From: Eledone cirrhosa
Lineage: Eukaryota
DNA: 64,000 nt
NCBI GenBank assembly: GCA_964016885.1
Contig: OZ024742.1
Location: 293,508,001 to 293,572,000 of the forward strand
Direction: 5' to 3'
Shown here: positions 40,151-54,199 of the stretch, one piece after another
Position numbering within the stretch: the first letter of the stretch is position 1
How the letters are laid out: the number at the start of each line of letters is the position of its first letter
The notes under the pieces: generated by a model
Seen by the model: only the letters and a program-made list of their open reading frames with translations
Database searches by the model: none
What the model was told of the DNA's origin: nothing
Made by a program: the position numbers and the translations under genes

Positions 40151-40800
40151 CGTTTCTGAATTTGTTTAGCAAGATTCTTTATCTGAAATCGTGTGTTGAA
40201 ACCGATATTGTTATACTTTGGGAGGGTCATGTTGCCAATAAGAAACACACGCACCAGTTGCTTTCACTTCAATTTATTATAATAAATTTATAAATTTCCG
40301 GTTGGTTGGTTCCACAACCAGATGGTTGTTTATATATTGTCAAAGTTCTTTCGTCACACATTCTGTGACCTCTTCAGTGACTGGGGATTCTTTTCTTTGT
40401 TTTTGTGCCTCTCCTTTGTTCTGTCCTACGCCATCTTGTTTCTGTGTGTGTGTTGTGTGCTTAGTCTGCGCATGCGCCACATCCAGGTGTCTGTGTGCGT
40501 TTATATTCGTTTATTTATTTGTTTATTTACATGTTACTGGTTGGTTGTTTGTTCTATGTGTGTGTGTGTTTTCATTTTGTCCTTAATTGTAAGTTGTGAT
40601 GTTGCTGTTCCACTCATATTTTCTATTTAATTTTGGTTGTAATTCTTTTATGTTTATTGCCTCTGTAATTTGTCTAAACATTGCGTCTTTTCTGTGTGTA
40701 GATTCTATTTTTATTTCTATGTTCTCTAATTTACCCTTATGTTCTATTTTAGCATGTTGGTAGAGTACACATGATTATTTACTATCTTGAAGGTCTCGCC
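40151..40800 (-). mobile_element. Penelope-like 3' fragment (GIY-YIG C-terminus + pseudo-LTR) nested in P2; decayed relative at about 50250-50490 (+)
   Basis: YQHAKIEHKGKLENIEIKIESTHRKDAMFRQITEAINIK..PKLNRKYEW; contains a hammerhead. Confidence 0.75.
40339..40381 (-). ncRNA. Minimal type I hammerhead ribozyme
   Basis: gtca-CTGAAGA-g gtcac agaatgt gtgac-GAA-ag aa ct-T-tgac. Confidence 0.7.
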
Positions 40801-40946
40801 AGTGTTCATTCATATATATACATACCTGTGTGTATATGTATATCTCTATATATTTGTTTATATATATATATGTATTTTTTTATATGAGTGCATGGGTGGG
40901 ATTGGGTATGTATGTATATATATGTATAGTTATGTGTGTGTGTGTG

Positions 40947-40977
<31 letters not shown>

Positions 40978-41708
40978 ATATATGTATATATATATGTATG
41001 TATGTGTATATGTGCGTATGTATTTTTATGTGGTTATGTATGTTATGTATGTACGTGTATGTGGGTGTATATATACATATGTATGTGTGTGTGTATAGAT
41101 GTGAGTGCATCTATATAATTTATGTATGTTTATATCTATATTTGTATATATGTGTCTGTGTATACATGTCTTTATTTTTTCCTTATCTTTTATAATATTT
41201 TTTATGAAGTTAATATTTCTCTTTTTTATATTCATCATATATATTTTTTAAAATAAGCTTTTATAGTAATGTACTAGAGTGGTTTGATGTTATATTTCTG
41301 TAGTTGGACAACATAGATTTTCTATGCATTATGGCGTCATTTCGGATATTTTAAATGTAAATATTTTCTTTGGCTGCTGAGTATTTTGATGAGGTTCTTT
41401 AATCTTAGATAACTGACTATGAAAAGTCCCAGGAAGGGGATGAAACGTTCGTAAATCAGCATTCAATGTAAAAACGTATTTGGTGTCTGTTTTAATGAAT
41501 AATTTGCTTCATGTGTAATTATTATTTTTAGCACAATAGGATTTTATATACATGCTTGTTTCGAAAATTCTTTCAACGAAGTATGAAACATAGCCTTTTT
41601 TACTGCTTATTATAGTAAACTACTCTATTTTGAGCTGTTTTTAACTTCATGTTTCTAATTTTTTATATTGGTTTTGTAAAAAAATGATATCTATTTCATA
41701 TATATATA

Positions 41709-43012
41709 CAGGGTGTGGACGATATTTGTTCGCAACTTTCAACTACTAATTTTATGCAAATTTTTTTTACTTCCGTTGTCACTCTTGTCTTCACAAAAAC
41801 AATGACTATATTTCCATTATTTATTTTCAGAATAATTGATTATAAATAAGTTTGAACCTCCAAATTTGTGGAAGAGACACGGAGTTCTTCTTGGGATCCA
41901 TGCCGGGAGGACAAATAAGGAAATTTCAGACTTTCTCAGCGTCAGCAGAAGAATGGTGGAAAAGGTCAGAAAGGAATTGGAAGATTCAGGATTCGTCTAC
42001 GAAGCAACATCAGAGAGGAAAACACATGATCGACGATCTGACACCTTCAGAACACTCGAGTTTGTCGCTGAAGTTCAGGATATCATCAACAATGAACCTA
42101 GCAAGTCGATGCGTGCCATTGCAAGGGAGAAAGGCGTGGATGAAAAGCTCATTAGGCTGGTGGTACATGAAGACATTCGCTATGTTTCGTACAAGATGAG
42201 GAAAGGACAATTTCTGTCAAAAGCGATGCAAGAAAAGTGAGTGAAGCACACAAAGAAGCTGATCAACGAATTGAAACACTCACTGGAGCCAGACATGCTG
42301 TGGTTTTTCTCCGACGAGAAAAACTTCTGCCAAGACCAGAAGATCAACTCCCAGAACAACAGGTGGTTCACTGTCTCATCCAAAGCCGTGCCCAGAGTCA
42401 TGCAGATAAAGTTTCCAGCAACAACATTGGTCTTAGGTGTCGTCAGCAGTCAAGGTGACGTCATGCCACCGCACTTCTTCCCTGAGGGCCTCAAGCTGAA
42501 CACCGATGGCTATATCTGCCCTCTGAGTGAGGTAGTAAAGCCCTGGATCGACCAGGTAGCTGCAGGTAGGCCGTACGTGTGGCAGCAAGTCTCAGCGCCC
42601 TGCCATACCAGCCGAAAGACCCAAGCCTGGCTATCAGAGAACTTCGTCGACCACACTTCAGCTGACATCTGGCCTCCCAGCTCGCCTGACTGCAACCTCC
42701 TCGATTTCTTTGTGTGGGGCGCAGTGGAATGAGACACCAACAGATCTAGCTGCAATATGAAAGACGATCTGAAGGCCAGGATCACAAGTGCCTTTAGGGG
42801 TCTAAGTCGGGAGACAGTGACGAAGGCCTGTAGCCGGTTCCGAGGCCGCCTTGAGGTCGTCATCAAAGCAAATGGCGGGTTTATCGAGTGAGATCGAAAG
42901 AACACGTCATGAAGACAAACTGACCCCAGTTTGATAAATATATCTTAAAAAATAAAACTACTGTGTTATTTTTTCCTAGACAGTAATCTTGAGAACAAAT
43001 ATCGTCCGTACC

Positions 43013-43015
<3 letters not shown>
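41709..43015 (+). mobile_element. DD37D (maT/mori) Tc1-mariner superfamily transposon, complete but inactivated
   Basis: 27-bp TIRs cagggtgtggacgatatttgttcgcaa / ttgagaacaaatatcgtccgtaccctg, TA flanks; WFFSDEKNF...WQQ(V)SAPCH...WPPSSPDCNLLDFFVWG with 37 residues between catalytic positions 2 and 3; TGA stops at 42238 and 42730; ORF ends 42891. Confidence 0.93.
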
Positions 43016-43082
<67 letters not shown>

Positions 43083-43218
43083 AGTGTAATTTTCTACACA
43101 AAACGAAGGTTATAGAGAAAATTGAGGTTGGTAATGGCACATGGAATATATAAGAGACAGAATACTTTTTTGTGAAAAAACATAATTTTATAAGGTAAGG
43201 AAATAATAAAGGGTATAA

Positions 43219-43266
43219 AAAATGACCGGTTTCGATGGGTCTGCAAAAGCCATCTTTTCAAATGTT
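43219..43266 (-). ncRNA. Hammerhead ribozyme (U3-A8 variant) in pseudo-LTR-like segment of about 43079-43575
   Basis: aacat-TTGAAAA-gatgg...ccatc-GAA-accggt-C-atttt. Confidence 0.6.
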
Positions 43267-43786
43267 GATTAATATTAAGAAAAATTAATAATACGAAGAG
43301 TTAAAATTTGAGACTTGAAAATTCAAGTATAAAATTCATTGTGGGATTTCATAGCAGTTTTCATCTAGGTAGCAACAACAGGTTGACTGCTGTGTCCCTT
43401 TCTGGTAGTGAATGAGAAGTTATTTGGGGTGTGGGTTATTTTATAAAGGTCAGATTTAGCAATCACCAACTGGCCAGCTGCTGGTCAGTGAGGGGGTGGA
43501 AGCAATATACATACACATATCTTCCTGTGATGGGTAGGAGAGTGGAGCGTGATAGAAAGGGATTTAGTGCACTTACACCTATATATACACACATACCTTC
43601 ATCCACACATACATACATATACATATATATATATACATATATATACATATACACACATACATACACACACACATACATATACATACACACATACACACAC
43701 ACACATATATACACATACACACACACACATATATACACATACACACACACACATATATACACATACACACACACATATATACACAT

Positions 43787-43857
<71 letters not shown>

Positions 43858-43880
43858 CATACACATACATCCAAATACAC

Positions 43881-43925
<45 letters not shown>

Positions 43926-43928
43926 CAC

Positions 43929-43963
<35 letters not shown>

Positions 43964-43973
43964 TATATATATA

Positions 43974-44865
43974 TCATCATTTTACGTCCGCTTTTCTCTG
44001 CTTGCAAGGGTTGGATGGGTCCTATTCAGCACAGCATCTCTCCACTTGTCACGGTCCTTCGTCATCTCCTCGGTGAGTTTCAGCGAACTGAGGACTGCTC
44101 TCACCACCTCCGCCCATTTTTTCCTGGTCTACCTCTTCTGCGTCTTCCTTCTACTTGGATTTCTTGGCACTTCTTTACCTAGCGGTCATCCTCCATGCGC
44201 ATCACATGTCCATACCATCTCAGCCTTCTCTCCTGCACACCACAACTTATCCCTCTTATACCCAGTTTCTTTCTCAACTCGTCTATGCTAGGTCGTTCAC
44301 GCACATTGGCATTGCACATCCAATGGAGCATACTTGCTTCATTTCTCTCCAGCCATCGCATATCTTCTACAGTTGTTGCCCATGTCTCACTACCATGCAG
44401 CATCGTGTATCTCACACAGGCATCATATAACCGTCCTTTCGTACGCAGTACGCAAGGAGAAACCCTTCTTAGTCAACAGAGGAAGCAGCTCCCTAAACTT
44501 CTTCTAACCCATCCTTATTCTAGATACTATGGCCTCGGAACACACCCCCTCCCATGCTAATCTGATCACCTAGGTACCGGAAGCTATCAACCACTTCCAT
44601 AGAACCCACCTGCATTGGAAAAATGTGTCTATCACTGCGATTACTACTGCCAACTTCCCCTGTACATCTACTGCGTACGTAGTTTTCCCTACCTGTTAGT
44701 TTGCCTGCTATCCCACTACATCTCTTGTGTACCCAAGATCTGCATTGCATGCATTTTATGGAATTTATGCCAGTTCCTTTCCTACATATCGAACATGGCC
44801 ATTTCCCCGATGGAATCAGAGTATTGTCCTCTCTTTTAATTATCAACACTTTTGTTTTAGCTATG
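43974..44865 (-). mobile_element. RTE LINE copy F (B2-like subfamily), 5'-truncated and decayed
   Basis: IAKTKVL..SGKWPCSICRKG...[30 protein letters not shown]; B2-type terminus. Confidence 0.9.
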
Positions 44866-45030
44866 TATATGGGATAACAAGTTATTGTTATAGGCAATCC
44901 AGTTAGAGGTTGTGAGTACTCTGTGTTGTGGATAGTTTTAACGTATGGCTTTGTTTGACTCAACAAGATGTTTCTATAGTTAGGTAGCGAGTTCTTGAGA
45001 ATTCCTATGCAGGTTATTCTTGGAGTAATA

Positions 45031-47149
45031 ATAGTGAAAGATTGAAGAATACCATGGTCAACAGTACAAAAAGGGTTTTATTTCAAGTATTAACAATTGT
45101 TTCATTGAACAGGTGAGTCTAAAGGCCGCTAATCACTCGAAGTTGCATCACTTGACCTTAAATACAGTGTTTACCTCTGATCAAATCTTTGGAATACTAG
45201 AGGTTTTACATATGACATTGGTATATATAGAGATACAATGGAGAATCAAAACAATAACATCAATAATAAAAGATAATGATAAAGAGGTAAAGAAGATAGA
45301 ATGAAGATGGTACAGATGTAAAAAATAAGTAAAAAAAATAATAAGTACAGAATGCGATTGCTGGTAATAGTGGTGGTAGTGAGTAAGTGTATGTGTAAAG
45401 ATAATACTAACATGAAAAGTAACATCAAATACATAGAAATAACAAACATAGAACTAAACATAGAAATAGACAATGAGCACCAGAAATAACTGAACTGAAT
45501 ACTAATATAGGGACCCCTAGGAACTATGGAAAACCCAGAGATAAGAAATACTCATGGTTCAATCCAATATTCAACTCCTCTATAAAAACCAAACTTCCTT
45601 CTACATTCTTTAAGCTACTTTAAACACTTCTCTAAACTACACAAATACCATAGAATCTTTAACAAAAAAACTATCAAACTCTCTTACTCTACTGCAGCAA
45701 ACATAGAATCACACATACATAAAATCACCTACAAAAGAATCTCTAAAGAAAATAACCTACCAACATACACCATAACACCAAATACAAAACGCAAACACAT
45801 AACCACACACACATCAGGGCGCATCACAACAAAACCTTAATAAGCCTAAATCTCAGCCCATCCATAACAACATACAAAACCGCAACGGAGAACCTACACA
45901 CAGGAAGGCCTCCAACTGTAACTGCGACCTGCCGGATAAGTGCCCACTACAAAATAGATGCCTGAAATCAAGTATGGTATACATGTGTACTATAAATTTG
46001 GGCAACTTAACATGGCACTACATAGGTTCCATGGCTGGGGAATTAAAAAAAAGATGGTACGTTCACAGACACTCTATGAAGAACCGTAGACTAGAGAACT
46101 CAACAACGCTGGCCAATAAAATCTGACAGCTTAAGGACACAAACCAAGAATATGGGATTAGCTGGTTGAAATTATCGGGAGCAAGGGCCTACAACAACGG
46201 AATGTCCCACTGCGGACTTTGCAATATGGAGCTGTTCCATATTTTAAAGTATAAGGTGCTGCTTAATAGAACAATCAATTTTCTGTAGGCACAAAGCAGC
46301 TACCAAATTCACAAATTTCAAACCAACATGATTCGATCCAGCAATCCCAAAATTCAAACTGAACTACCCGGATTTTAATGTACTAACTACATACCTCCCC
46401 ACTGTTATTAGCTGCCAACTGACAGACTGGTCACTAGATTAACATCATAAATCTCCTAACCTTTCTTTCACTCTCTCTTCCTAAAGCCACATCAACCCCA
46501 TTAAGATAAGACAATCAGCATGCGAGACATTTACCACACACACATATATCAAGACTCTCCATCTCAATTCTTATCCTCTATCTACCTATCTACTCCTTCC
46601 CCATCTTTAGCCCTACCCCCTATGTCTCATCCTCATATCTCTTCGCCTCTGACTTAATCTTTAATTTATTATTTTTTATCTTTTATCTGTCATTTGTTAC
46701 TATTTTTATTTTCTACTCTAACCCTCTGAGATGTGACCACCACGTATATATGTATATATTTGATGTTGCTTTTCATGTTAGTATTATCTTTACACATACA
46801 CTTACTCACTACCACCACTATTATCAGCAAACGCATTCTGTACTTATTATTTTTTACTTATTTGTTTACATCTGTACCATCTTCATTCTATCTTCTTTAC
46901 CTCTTTATCATTATCTTTTATTATTGATGTTATTGTTTTGATTCTCCATTGTATCTCTATATATACCAATGCCATATGTAAAACCTCTAGTATACCGATG
47001 ATTTGTTCAGAGGTAAACACTGTATTTAAGGTCGAGTGACGCAACTTCGTGTGATTAGCGGCCTTTAGACTCACCTGTTCAATGAAACAATTGTTAATAC
47101 TTGAAATAAAACCCTTTTTGTACAGCCGACCATGTTATTCTTCAATCTT

Positions 47150-47156
<7 letters not shown>
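45031..47156 (+). mobile_element. Penelope-like element P3: decayed GIY-YIG fragment flanked by about 400-bp inverted repeats (45031-45431 / 46757-47156)
   Basis: SWFNP, CNCDLPDKCPLQNRCLKSSMVYMC..HYIGS..LKKRWYVH; arms are reverse complements. Confidence 0.85.
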
Positions 47157-47221
<65 letters not shown>

Positions 47222-49191
47222 TATATTACATATACATATATATATACACGGCAAAAAAGCACCCAGCCCACACTGTGAAGTGGACGTGTAGGCGCCACGG
47301 AAAAAGCACCTACCACTCACTGTAAATGAGGTTGGTGTTAGGAAGGGCATCCAGCTGTAGAAATCAAGCCAAAATCAGTTCCTGTATGAGCAAGGCATGG
47401 TCAGCCGACCAGACACTGCCCACAACAGGACAACCCGTCTAACCCATGCTAGCATGGAAGAACGGACGTAAAACGGTGATGATACACACACACACCATAT
47501 ATATATATATACGCAAGTATTCATACACATACATATGTATATATGTGTGTATAAAAGATATCTCTATATATACGTATCTTTCATACACACACATTTATAC
47601 ACGCACACATATATATATATTCATACACACACAAACACATCCTGTACCAGCACCATCAATAGTGACAAATAAATTGCAAAATCAAATATATTGATAAAGG
47701 TTGTTTGTATTATTTGCATGATACTATATTATAGATGAATAATTGAATTCTTCTGATTAGGCAGGTCTCAGATTTACAATGGAGATGAAATGAAATCAGA
47801 ATACCTATTATGTTTAATAAAATGGGAAAAAAAAATTGATCATATCCACCCTTCTGGGAACCTATATCATCCTTCTCAATACTTGTAAATAATTAAAGCA
47901 GCCAATATTTTACTAACATCTATAAACTTTCCTTCGTAAATCATCTTTAAACCTTCGCCTACGGTCAACTGTTACACCTCTGGTCTCTTTAACTACTACT
48001 TCTACAATAACGCTGGTTGCATCAAAAGACCCATTACTTACTATCCCCTCCCTCTATCTATCCCCCCTCTCTATCTCTCTCTGACATACACACACACAAC
48101 TAATAGCTATTGTTATATCTTCTTTCAAGCTTCTTATGCTCTGCTATGTTACTTGCCTTTAACTACATCAATCTAAAACTTACTCCCAAGCTATAAATAT
48201 AGCCTTAGCAATTATCTAAGACACATATTTCCCAACTAACACCGATACAATATTAGATTTAATGAAGTTGTTGACACTGTCATGAATAATGACCACTGGT
48301 GAAACCTCACTGACCAGTGTTGAGTGGTCAACAAATTGTATGTTGTTATAACCCTTTACAAAAATCGAAGACAAAGATGAAATGAACAACTAGTAAATTT
48401 TAACATATTTATTTGACTTAAAATCAATATCATTAATTTTATCTATTATCTCCAGTAGGAAATTAGGAGCTGTAGTACAAGGGCCAATGCTACCATTAAA
48501 GCCAAGTAAGTAGCCATCTAGGGTGCAGATCTCACACAGACACATTACTGAATCTTAAGGGATCACAGTAATATACAAATTTATATAACTAACTTAAATA
48601 TATAATTTCCTGTTTTACAACCTGTCTAACCTATGTTATCGTGGAAAATAGACATTAAACGATGATGATGATAAATAAATCTCAAAACGTATTTGCTGCA
48701 TAACATTGTTGAAATATCCAAAGTTGTGTTGGGGTGGAATGAGCAGGGTGGTTTGAAAATCAGTAATTTTTCTAGGTTGTTTCTGTTGAGTGTTTTTAAA
48801 ACCAGTATTAGTCGTTTAGTTTACATATTGAAACCCCAACCCATCCTATTTATTTTATAACATATGAGATTTCTAGTAATGTACTTTTTTTGTCATGTAT
48901 AATGTTTTTTAATGTCTAAAGAAAATTTATTGTCGCAGGAATACTAGCACTTGAAATAAAATTTCACTGGAGATAGATTAGCAAAATTTAAGAGTGGGGG
49001 GGATAAGAGAGGGGGGGGGGGGGGGTTCAAAAAATCTGAAACAGGGGGAGGGGGGGGATTATTCTAGACCAGAGAGTAAATACATAAATACTTTTATTCT
49101 CAAGAGTTATATATAATTTCTTTTAAATTTATTCTACTGATTTATAAAAATGACCATCAATTTATTAATGATTAGTAATTAATAATTATTA

Positions 49192-49378
49192 ATTGTTTCT
49201 ACTTTTGACACAAGGCCAGCAATTACCCAGTGTATTACTGGTACTTTATTTTATCGACCCCGTAAGGATGAAAGGCAAAGTTAACCTCGGCGAGATTTGA
49301 ACTCAGAATGGCAAGGGCCGTAACTCAATGCGTCAAAGCATGGCATCCGACCCTCTACCGATACTGCCAATCCACCAT
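49192..49378 (-). mobile_element. Meta-like tRNA SINE
   Basis: Closely similar to 35642-35820. Confidence 0.75.
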
Positions 49379-49959
49379 CTAATTAATAATTGACGATTAG
49401 TAATTTGTAATTTATAATTAATTAATAATTGAAGGTTGCCGATTGTTTTAAATTTTTCTGTTTGATTATTGACCCCTTTAATAATTTTCTATTGATAGGT
49501 AATTATAAACTATTAATTTATTAATGTAAAATACATGTACTCACACACACATATAGACACACACACACATGTATATACACACACAAACACATACACACAC
49601 ATATCATCATCATCGTTTTTACGTCTGTTTTTCCACTCATGCATGGGTTGGACATGATGATGATGATATTTTGGCAGGATTATTCTAGCTGGATGCCCTT
49701 CCTATCACCAACCACTTTACAGTGTGGACTGGGTGTATTATTCATGCCATCAACACTAGAAAAGTTGTCTTACTAGACTTAAGAGTCCTCTCCACCCTGT
49801 GTTAGTTTTTATTTGGAGTGTCTACTCTCCTATATGGGTTGCCTTCTCCCTCTTTTTATTACTTTTATCACTAGCTCTTTTTGATTATCAACTGTAAGGA
49901 GTACTTGATACCTCCCTTAGTCTGTCATGTCTTACTAGCTCTATACGGACGTTTAAATT

Positions 49960-50178
49960 GGCACATGCTCACCGACATTCAGTGTGGACACTGCACTTAG
50001 TGATCCCGTGGGAACCCCTACACAGACACACTAGAAGAGGGAGACCGAAGATGATATATATTGATGCCCTAAGGACGAACACTGGTCTCTGGAAGATGCA
50101 GGACATGGCAGCAATGATGAAGGACAGAGACTGCTGGAGAGAACCTATACATGGATCTCAGGAATTTTACCTGCCTTA
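49960..50178 (+). mobile_element. 3' fragment of another RTE family
   Basis: WEPLHRHTRRGRPKMIYIDAL...MKDRDCWR. Confidence 0.65.
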
Positions 50179-50491
50179 GATATATATATATTGCAGAACA
50201 AATACATAAATGTTATATATATATATTTATATATATATATATATATTACATTTATGTATTTGTTCTGCAATATTTTTGATGTGAAGTTGCTCCACAAAAC
50301 AAAGGAAGACAAGATGGAGTAGAAGTTTAAGACCAAGAAAAAGAGGAGACACAAAACATGGAAGAGATCACAGAATGTGTGACAAAAGAACTTTCACAAA
50401 TGAATGAATAACAAAAAATAAAGTGAAAATTATATGGTGCATACTTTTCTTTCTATTGGCAACATGACCATCCCTAAATGTAACAATATAA

Positions 50492-50530
<39 letters not shown>

Positions 50531-50904
50531 TATCAAATTTCCCTATTTAACTATTCATTGTTATAACTAAATCCTTATCTTGAATTATTTACCTCACAAC
50601 AAGTAGAAAAAAAACTACCCCAACATGAGATGTTATAATTATATATTAGATGTTATCATAATAGACAGGAAACACCTGCTTATATCTAGTTTTTCTATTT
50701 ATAAGAAATGATATCTTATTTTCTAGATCTTCTTGATGGACATCAGAGCATTCATCACAATACATCCATCTTCTACTCAATAACTATCAGAGAAAAATAT
50801 AATATTTCTGTTACATTACAGAAAATATCAGGATATTGTTTCCATTTCATATTTCTAAAGAATAACACTGGTTCCATATAATATTCTTCTTGTAATTTAT
50901 GGTG

Positions 50905-51170
50905 GAGACACAGGGCATAGTGGTAAGGGTGTTGGACATATGATCACAATGTTGTGGGTTTGGTTCTCAGTCAGGGATGTGTCTTGTGTTCTTGAGCAAA
51001 ACACATTTCACGTTGCTCCAGTTTACTCAGCTGAAAATAAGTACCAACAGCAATAGCTAGGAGTTTATCCCTGCAATGAACTGGTGCCATGTACAGCAGG
51101 GAGTCATGTACTCTCAGTTGCTTCATGCCACAGAAACTGGGATACGTACCAGCCTGATGAGCCCCCAGGC
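50905..51170 (+). mobile_element. Old CORE-like tRNA SINE
   Basis: tagtggtaagggtgttggac...cttgagcaaaacacatttcacgttgctccagtttactcagctg. Confidence 0.65.
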
Positions 51171-52222
51171 TCAAGACAGACTTTTGTAATTTACATTCTA
51201 TTCTTGGTTCCTAGTTGGATGCCCTTGCTAATGCCAACCACATTTACAGTGTGTACTGGGTGTTTTTTGTCATGACACCTACATGACCACTTTACAGTGT
51301 GGACTGGGCACTTTTTGTTGTGTCACCCACACGACCACTTTACAGTTGTAACATTTATGAGACAGTATTTTATGACAGAATGCCCTTCCTCACTTGAACC
51401 CTTGATCATTATAACAGTTACCTGTTATAACGATCATACAGAGTTATGGTGTTCCTATTCCAGAAAATGGTAAGCAGCAGCAGTTTCTAACCGACCTTAA
51501 GCTACAAACTGAAGGGAAGGGGTGGTAGTTAATCAAATCAACTCTATCACACGAATGGCACTTTATTTTATCACCAACACTTCCAGAAGAATGAAAATCA
51601 AAGTTGACCTCACTGAGATCTGGATTTAGAATGTAAAGAGGCATAACCAAATACTGCAAGACAATCACAATATCACACTGCTACCACCACCATCATCACC
51701 ATTATTATCACTACCATCACCACCACCACCCTCACCATCACTACTACCATCATTATCACCACCATCATGATCAACACCATCAATCACCACCACCTTCATT
51801 ATCATGATGATGATCATCATCATCATCACCAAAATGAAGTCTGTAAATAATGGGAAGTTATTTGATTATGGTAGTTAATTGTTGGATTTCTTTAAATGGT
51901 TGCTAATGTCATTAACTTCAACTCTGGCTTTTCTCCAAACATTTTAATAACATTTGCCAATGTTGGAAGTCATGAACATGGAGTTAACCTGGATCTAATT
52001 GTTATCCTTTCTATTTACTTGGAATCTTTCACAACCTTTACACTGGTTACTTCTAATCACAAATTTGTAGGTTATTTATAACATCCAGTCTTATTGTAGA
52101 TCTAGTCAGAACTTTCCTTTATAAACGACATAGTTTTACACCAGTGGTTCTCAAATTTATTTCATCACAAAAAAAAACATTGTAGAACCTGAAAATCCCA
52201 CACCATACTGCTCTTGGTTTAA

Positions 52223-52429
52223 CCCTCTAGCATTTAAACCAGGGTATCTGGCCAGAATTCTCTCACCTCTTTCTGTTCAAACTGGCTGTGACCAGCTGCT
52301 GATACTGATGCTAAAGTATTGTTCACAAAATAAATAATATCAAAATCCCATAGATTCAATATGATGTGAGATAAAGCCTTTATCATGAAGATACAATAGT
52401 AAATATAGAATAATGTAAATGCTAAAGGG
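52223..52429. mobile_element. piggyBac-type MITE (same family as 28242, opposite orientation)
   Basis: ttaa|ccctctagcattta...taaatgctaaaggg|ttaa. Confidence 0.85.
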
Positions 52430-52469
52430 TTAAAACCATTTGTTTTTAAATATTTATATTTATCTAAAA

Positions 52470-52790
52470 ATCATCATCGTTTTTTACGTCTGTTTTTCCA
52501 TATTTGCATGGGTTAGAAGGATCCTGTTCAGCTCAGCATCTCTCCACCCATTGCATTCCTTCATCATCTCCTCTTTGAGTCTCGGTGATTTGAGATCAGC
52601 TCTCATCACCTCTGCCCAGGTCTCCCTTGGTTTATCTCTACTGTGGCTTCCTTCCACTGGGATTTCTTGGCACTTCTTCATCTAGCCATTATCATCCATG
52701 TACATAACATGTCCATACAAATGCAGTCTTCTCTCTTACACACCCTTTTGGATTCCTGCTAAACCCAGCTTCTCCCTCAGTTATCAAAGC
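52470..52790 (-). mobile_element. RTE 3' fragment (B2-like); another at about 58590-58805 (+)
   Basis: MKKCQEIPVEGSHSRDKPRETWAEVMRADL. Confidence 0.8.
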
Positions 52791-54199
52791 TCTACCTTTC
52801 TCTCACATGTACATTGCAATATAATTTTATGCAAATACTTTTGTTGAGTTATGCTCTAAACATTAGCTTAATAATAGGAAAGTTAGCTATCCTACTAAAC
52901 CCTCCAAATTCTTGATTATTTTCAAAATTATTTGAAAAAAATAGACAGTGCCTTTCTTAAGAAATATGGTAAAGAAAGGATTAAATGAAACAATATTTGC
53001 ATTAGAAAGAGAATTTATAAAAAAAAAATTATAAAAACATATGATAGATTTTTATAAAATATTTTATCTTGTGGAAGATTTTTTTTTTTTTTTCAGAATC
53101 CATTCAGGGAAAGGAAGAATAGAAAGAAGCCTTTAAATTCTGATTGGGTTATAGTCCTGGCACATTTTTTAGGTCTGAACACATTAGATTTCTTCCTTAT
53201 ATACATATAAATGTGTGTGTGTGTGTATGTAGAGAGAGAGAGAGGGGCATATAGATATATAGAGGTAGATAGATAAAGAAAAAACATAACGGTAATTTAT
53301 TTATCAACTTCAAAAGAATAAAAGGTAAAGTTGACCATGCTGGGATTTGAACTCAGAATTCAGTGAGCTGAAACAAATACTGAGGCATTTAATCTGACAT
53401 TCTAACAACTCTGCCAATTCACTGGAAAAACAATGTTAAACAATTGCAAGTGGCCTCCAACAAGAGGAAATAAGTTGCCATTTGTATACAAACAATCCTA
53501 AATTTCTTTTAACAATTGAATGTTAAATTTGAGGAGATCTTCTAATGTTAATATGTTATTGTTTTTTTTATTTCTGGTAGCATGTGTATGGCAAAGGATC
53601 CCTATACATAGTATTGAATGTTCTTACTACAGGATAAGAGAAGAAACTTTCTGGATATAAAAGCAAAAAGTGTTTGAGAGAGCTAGTTAATGTTACCATT
53701 GTAATAGGTCCTCAGATTTAACCTCCAATTCAAAATTATGATGGTGAATTGAAGGTTAAATTTAAGCACCTATTCTAATGTTGAAATGTTATTTCAAGAG
53801 CCATGCCTGTGGCAAGGGACCCATATTATAGTATAGGTGCAGAAATGGCTATATGGTTAAGAATTTTACTTTTTAACTACATGGTTTTAGGTTTAATCCC
53901 ACTGCATGAGCAACTGCTGTTTACCATAGTGTAAAGGCTGAGCAATACCTACTAAGTGAAACTGGTAGACAGAAACTAAGTAGATGTTCATAGCGTTTGT
54001 GTGTGTGCGCGCGCGCGCATGTGAGAGTGTGTGCACATGTGCGTGTGTGTGTGTAGATAACATTATCAAATCATTATAATATTATAGAAATATACACAAG
54101 AAATGCCTCATCATGGCCACAGTCTAACTACTGAGACCAGTAAAAGGAAAGTGAAAAGAGAAATTCATAAAGAAGGATAATCAAATTTAAGTAACTTAC

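Larger units (their letters stand above)
36600..41500 (+). mobile_element. Penelope-like element P2 (decayed RT + GIY-YIG) with inverted pseudo-LTR ends and nested insertions
   Basis: FDVTVGSSDSA, GLYR-DD-like, VNFLDVSLNL, YVNKYSNHP, WYNLPF, CNC..CP.GGKC..NVIYRC..NYIGAT; 36600-36735 is an inverted copy of 41370-41500. Confidence 0.85.

Noticed and set aside
51683-51830. His/Thr-rich coding exon
   Set aside because: (CAC/CAT)n low-complexity repeat without splice or homology support.
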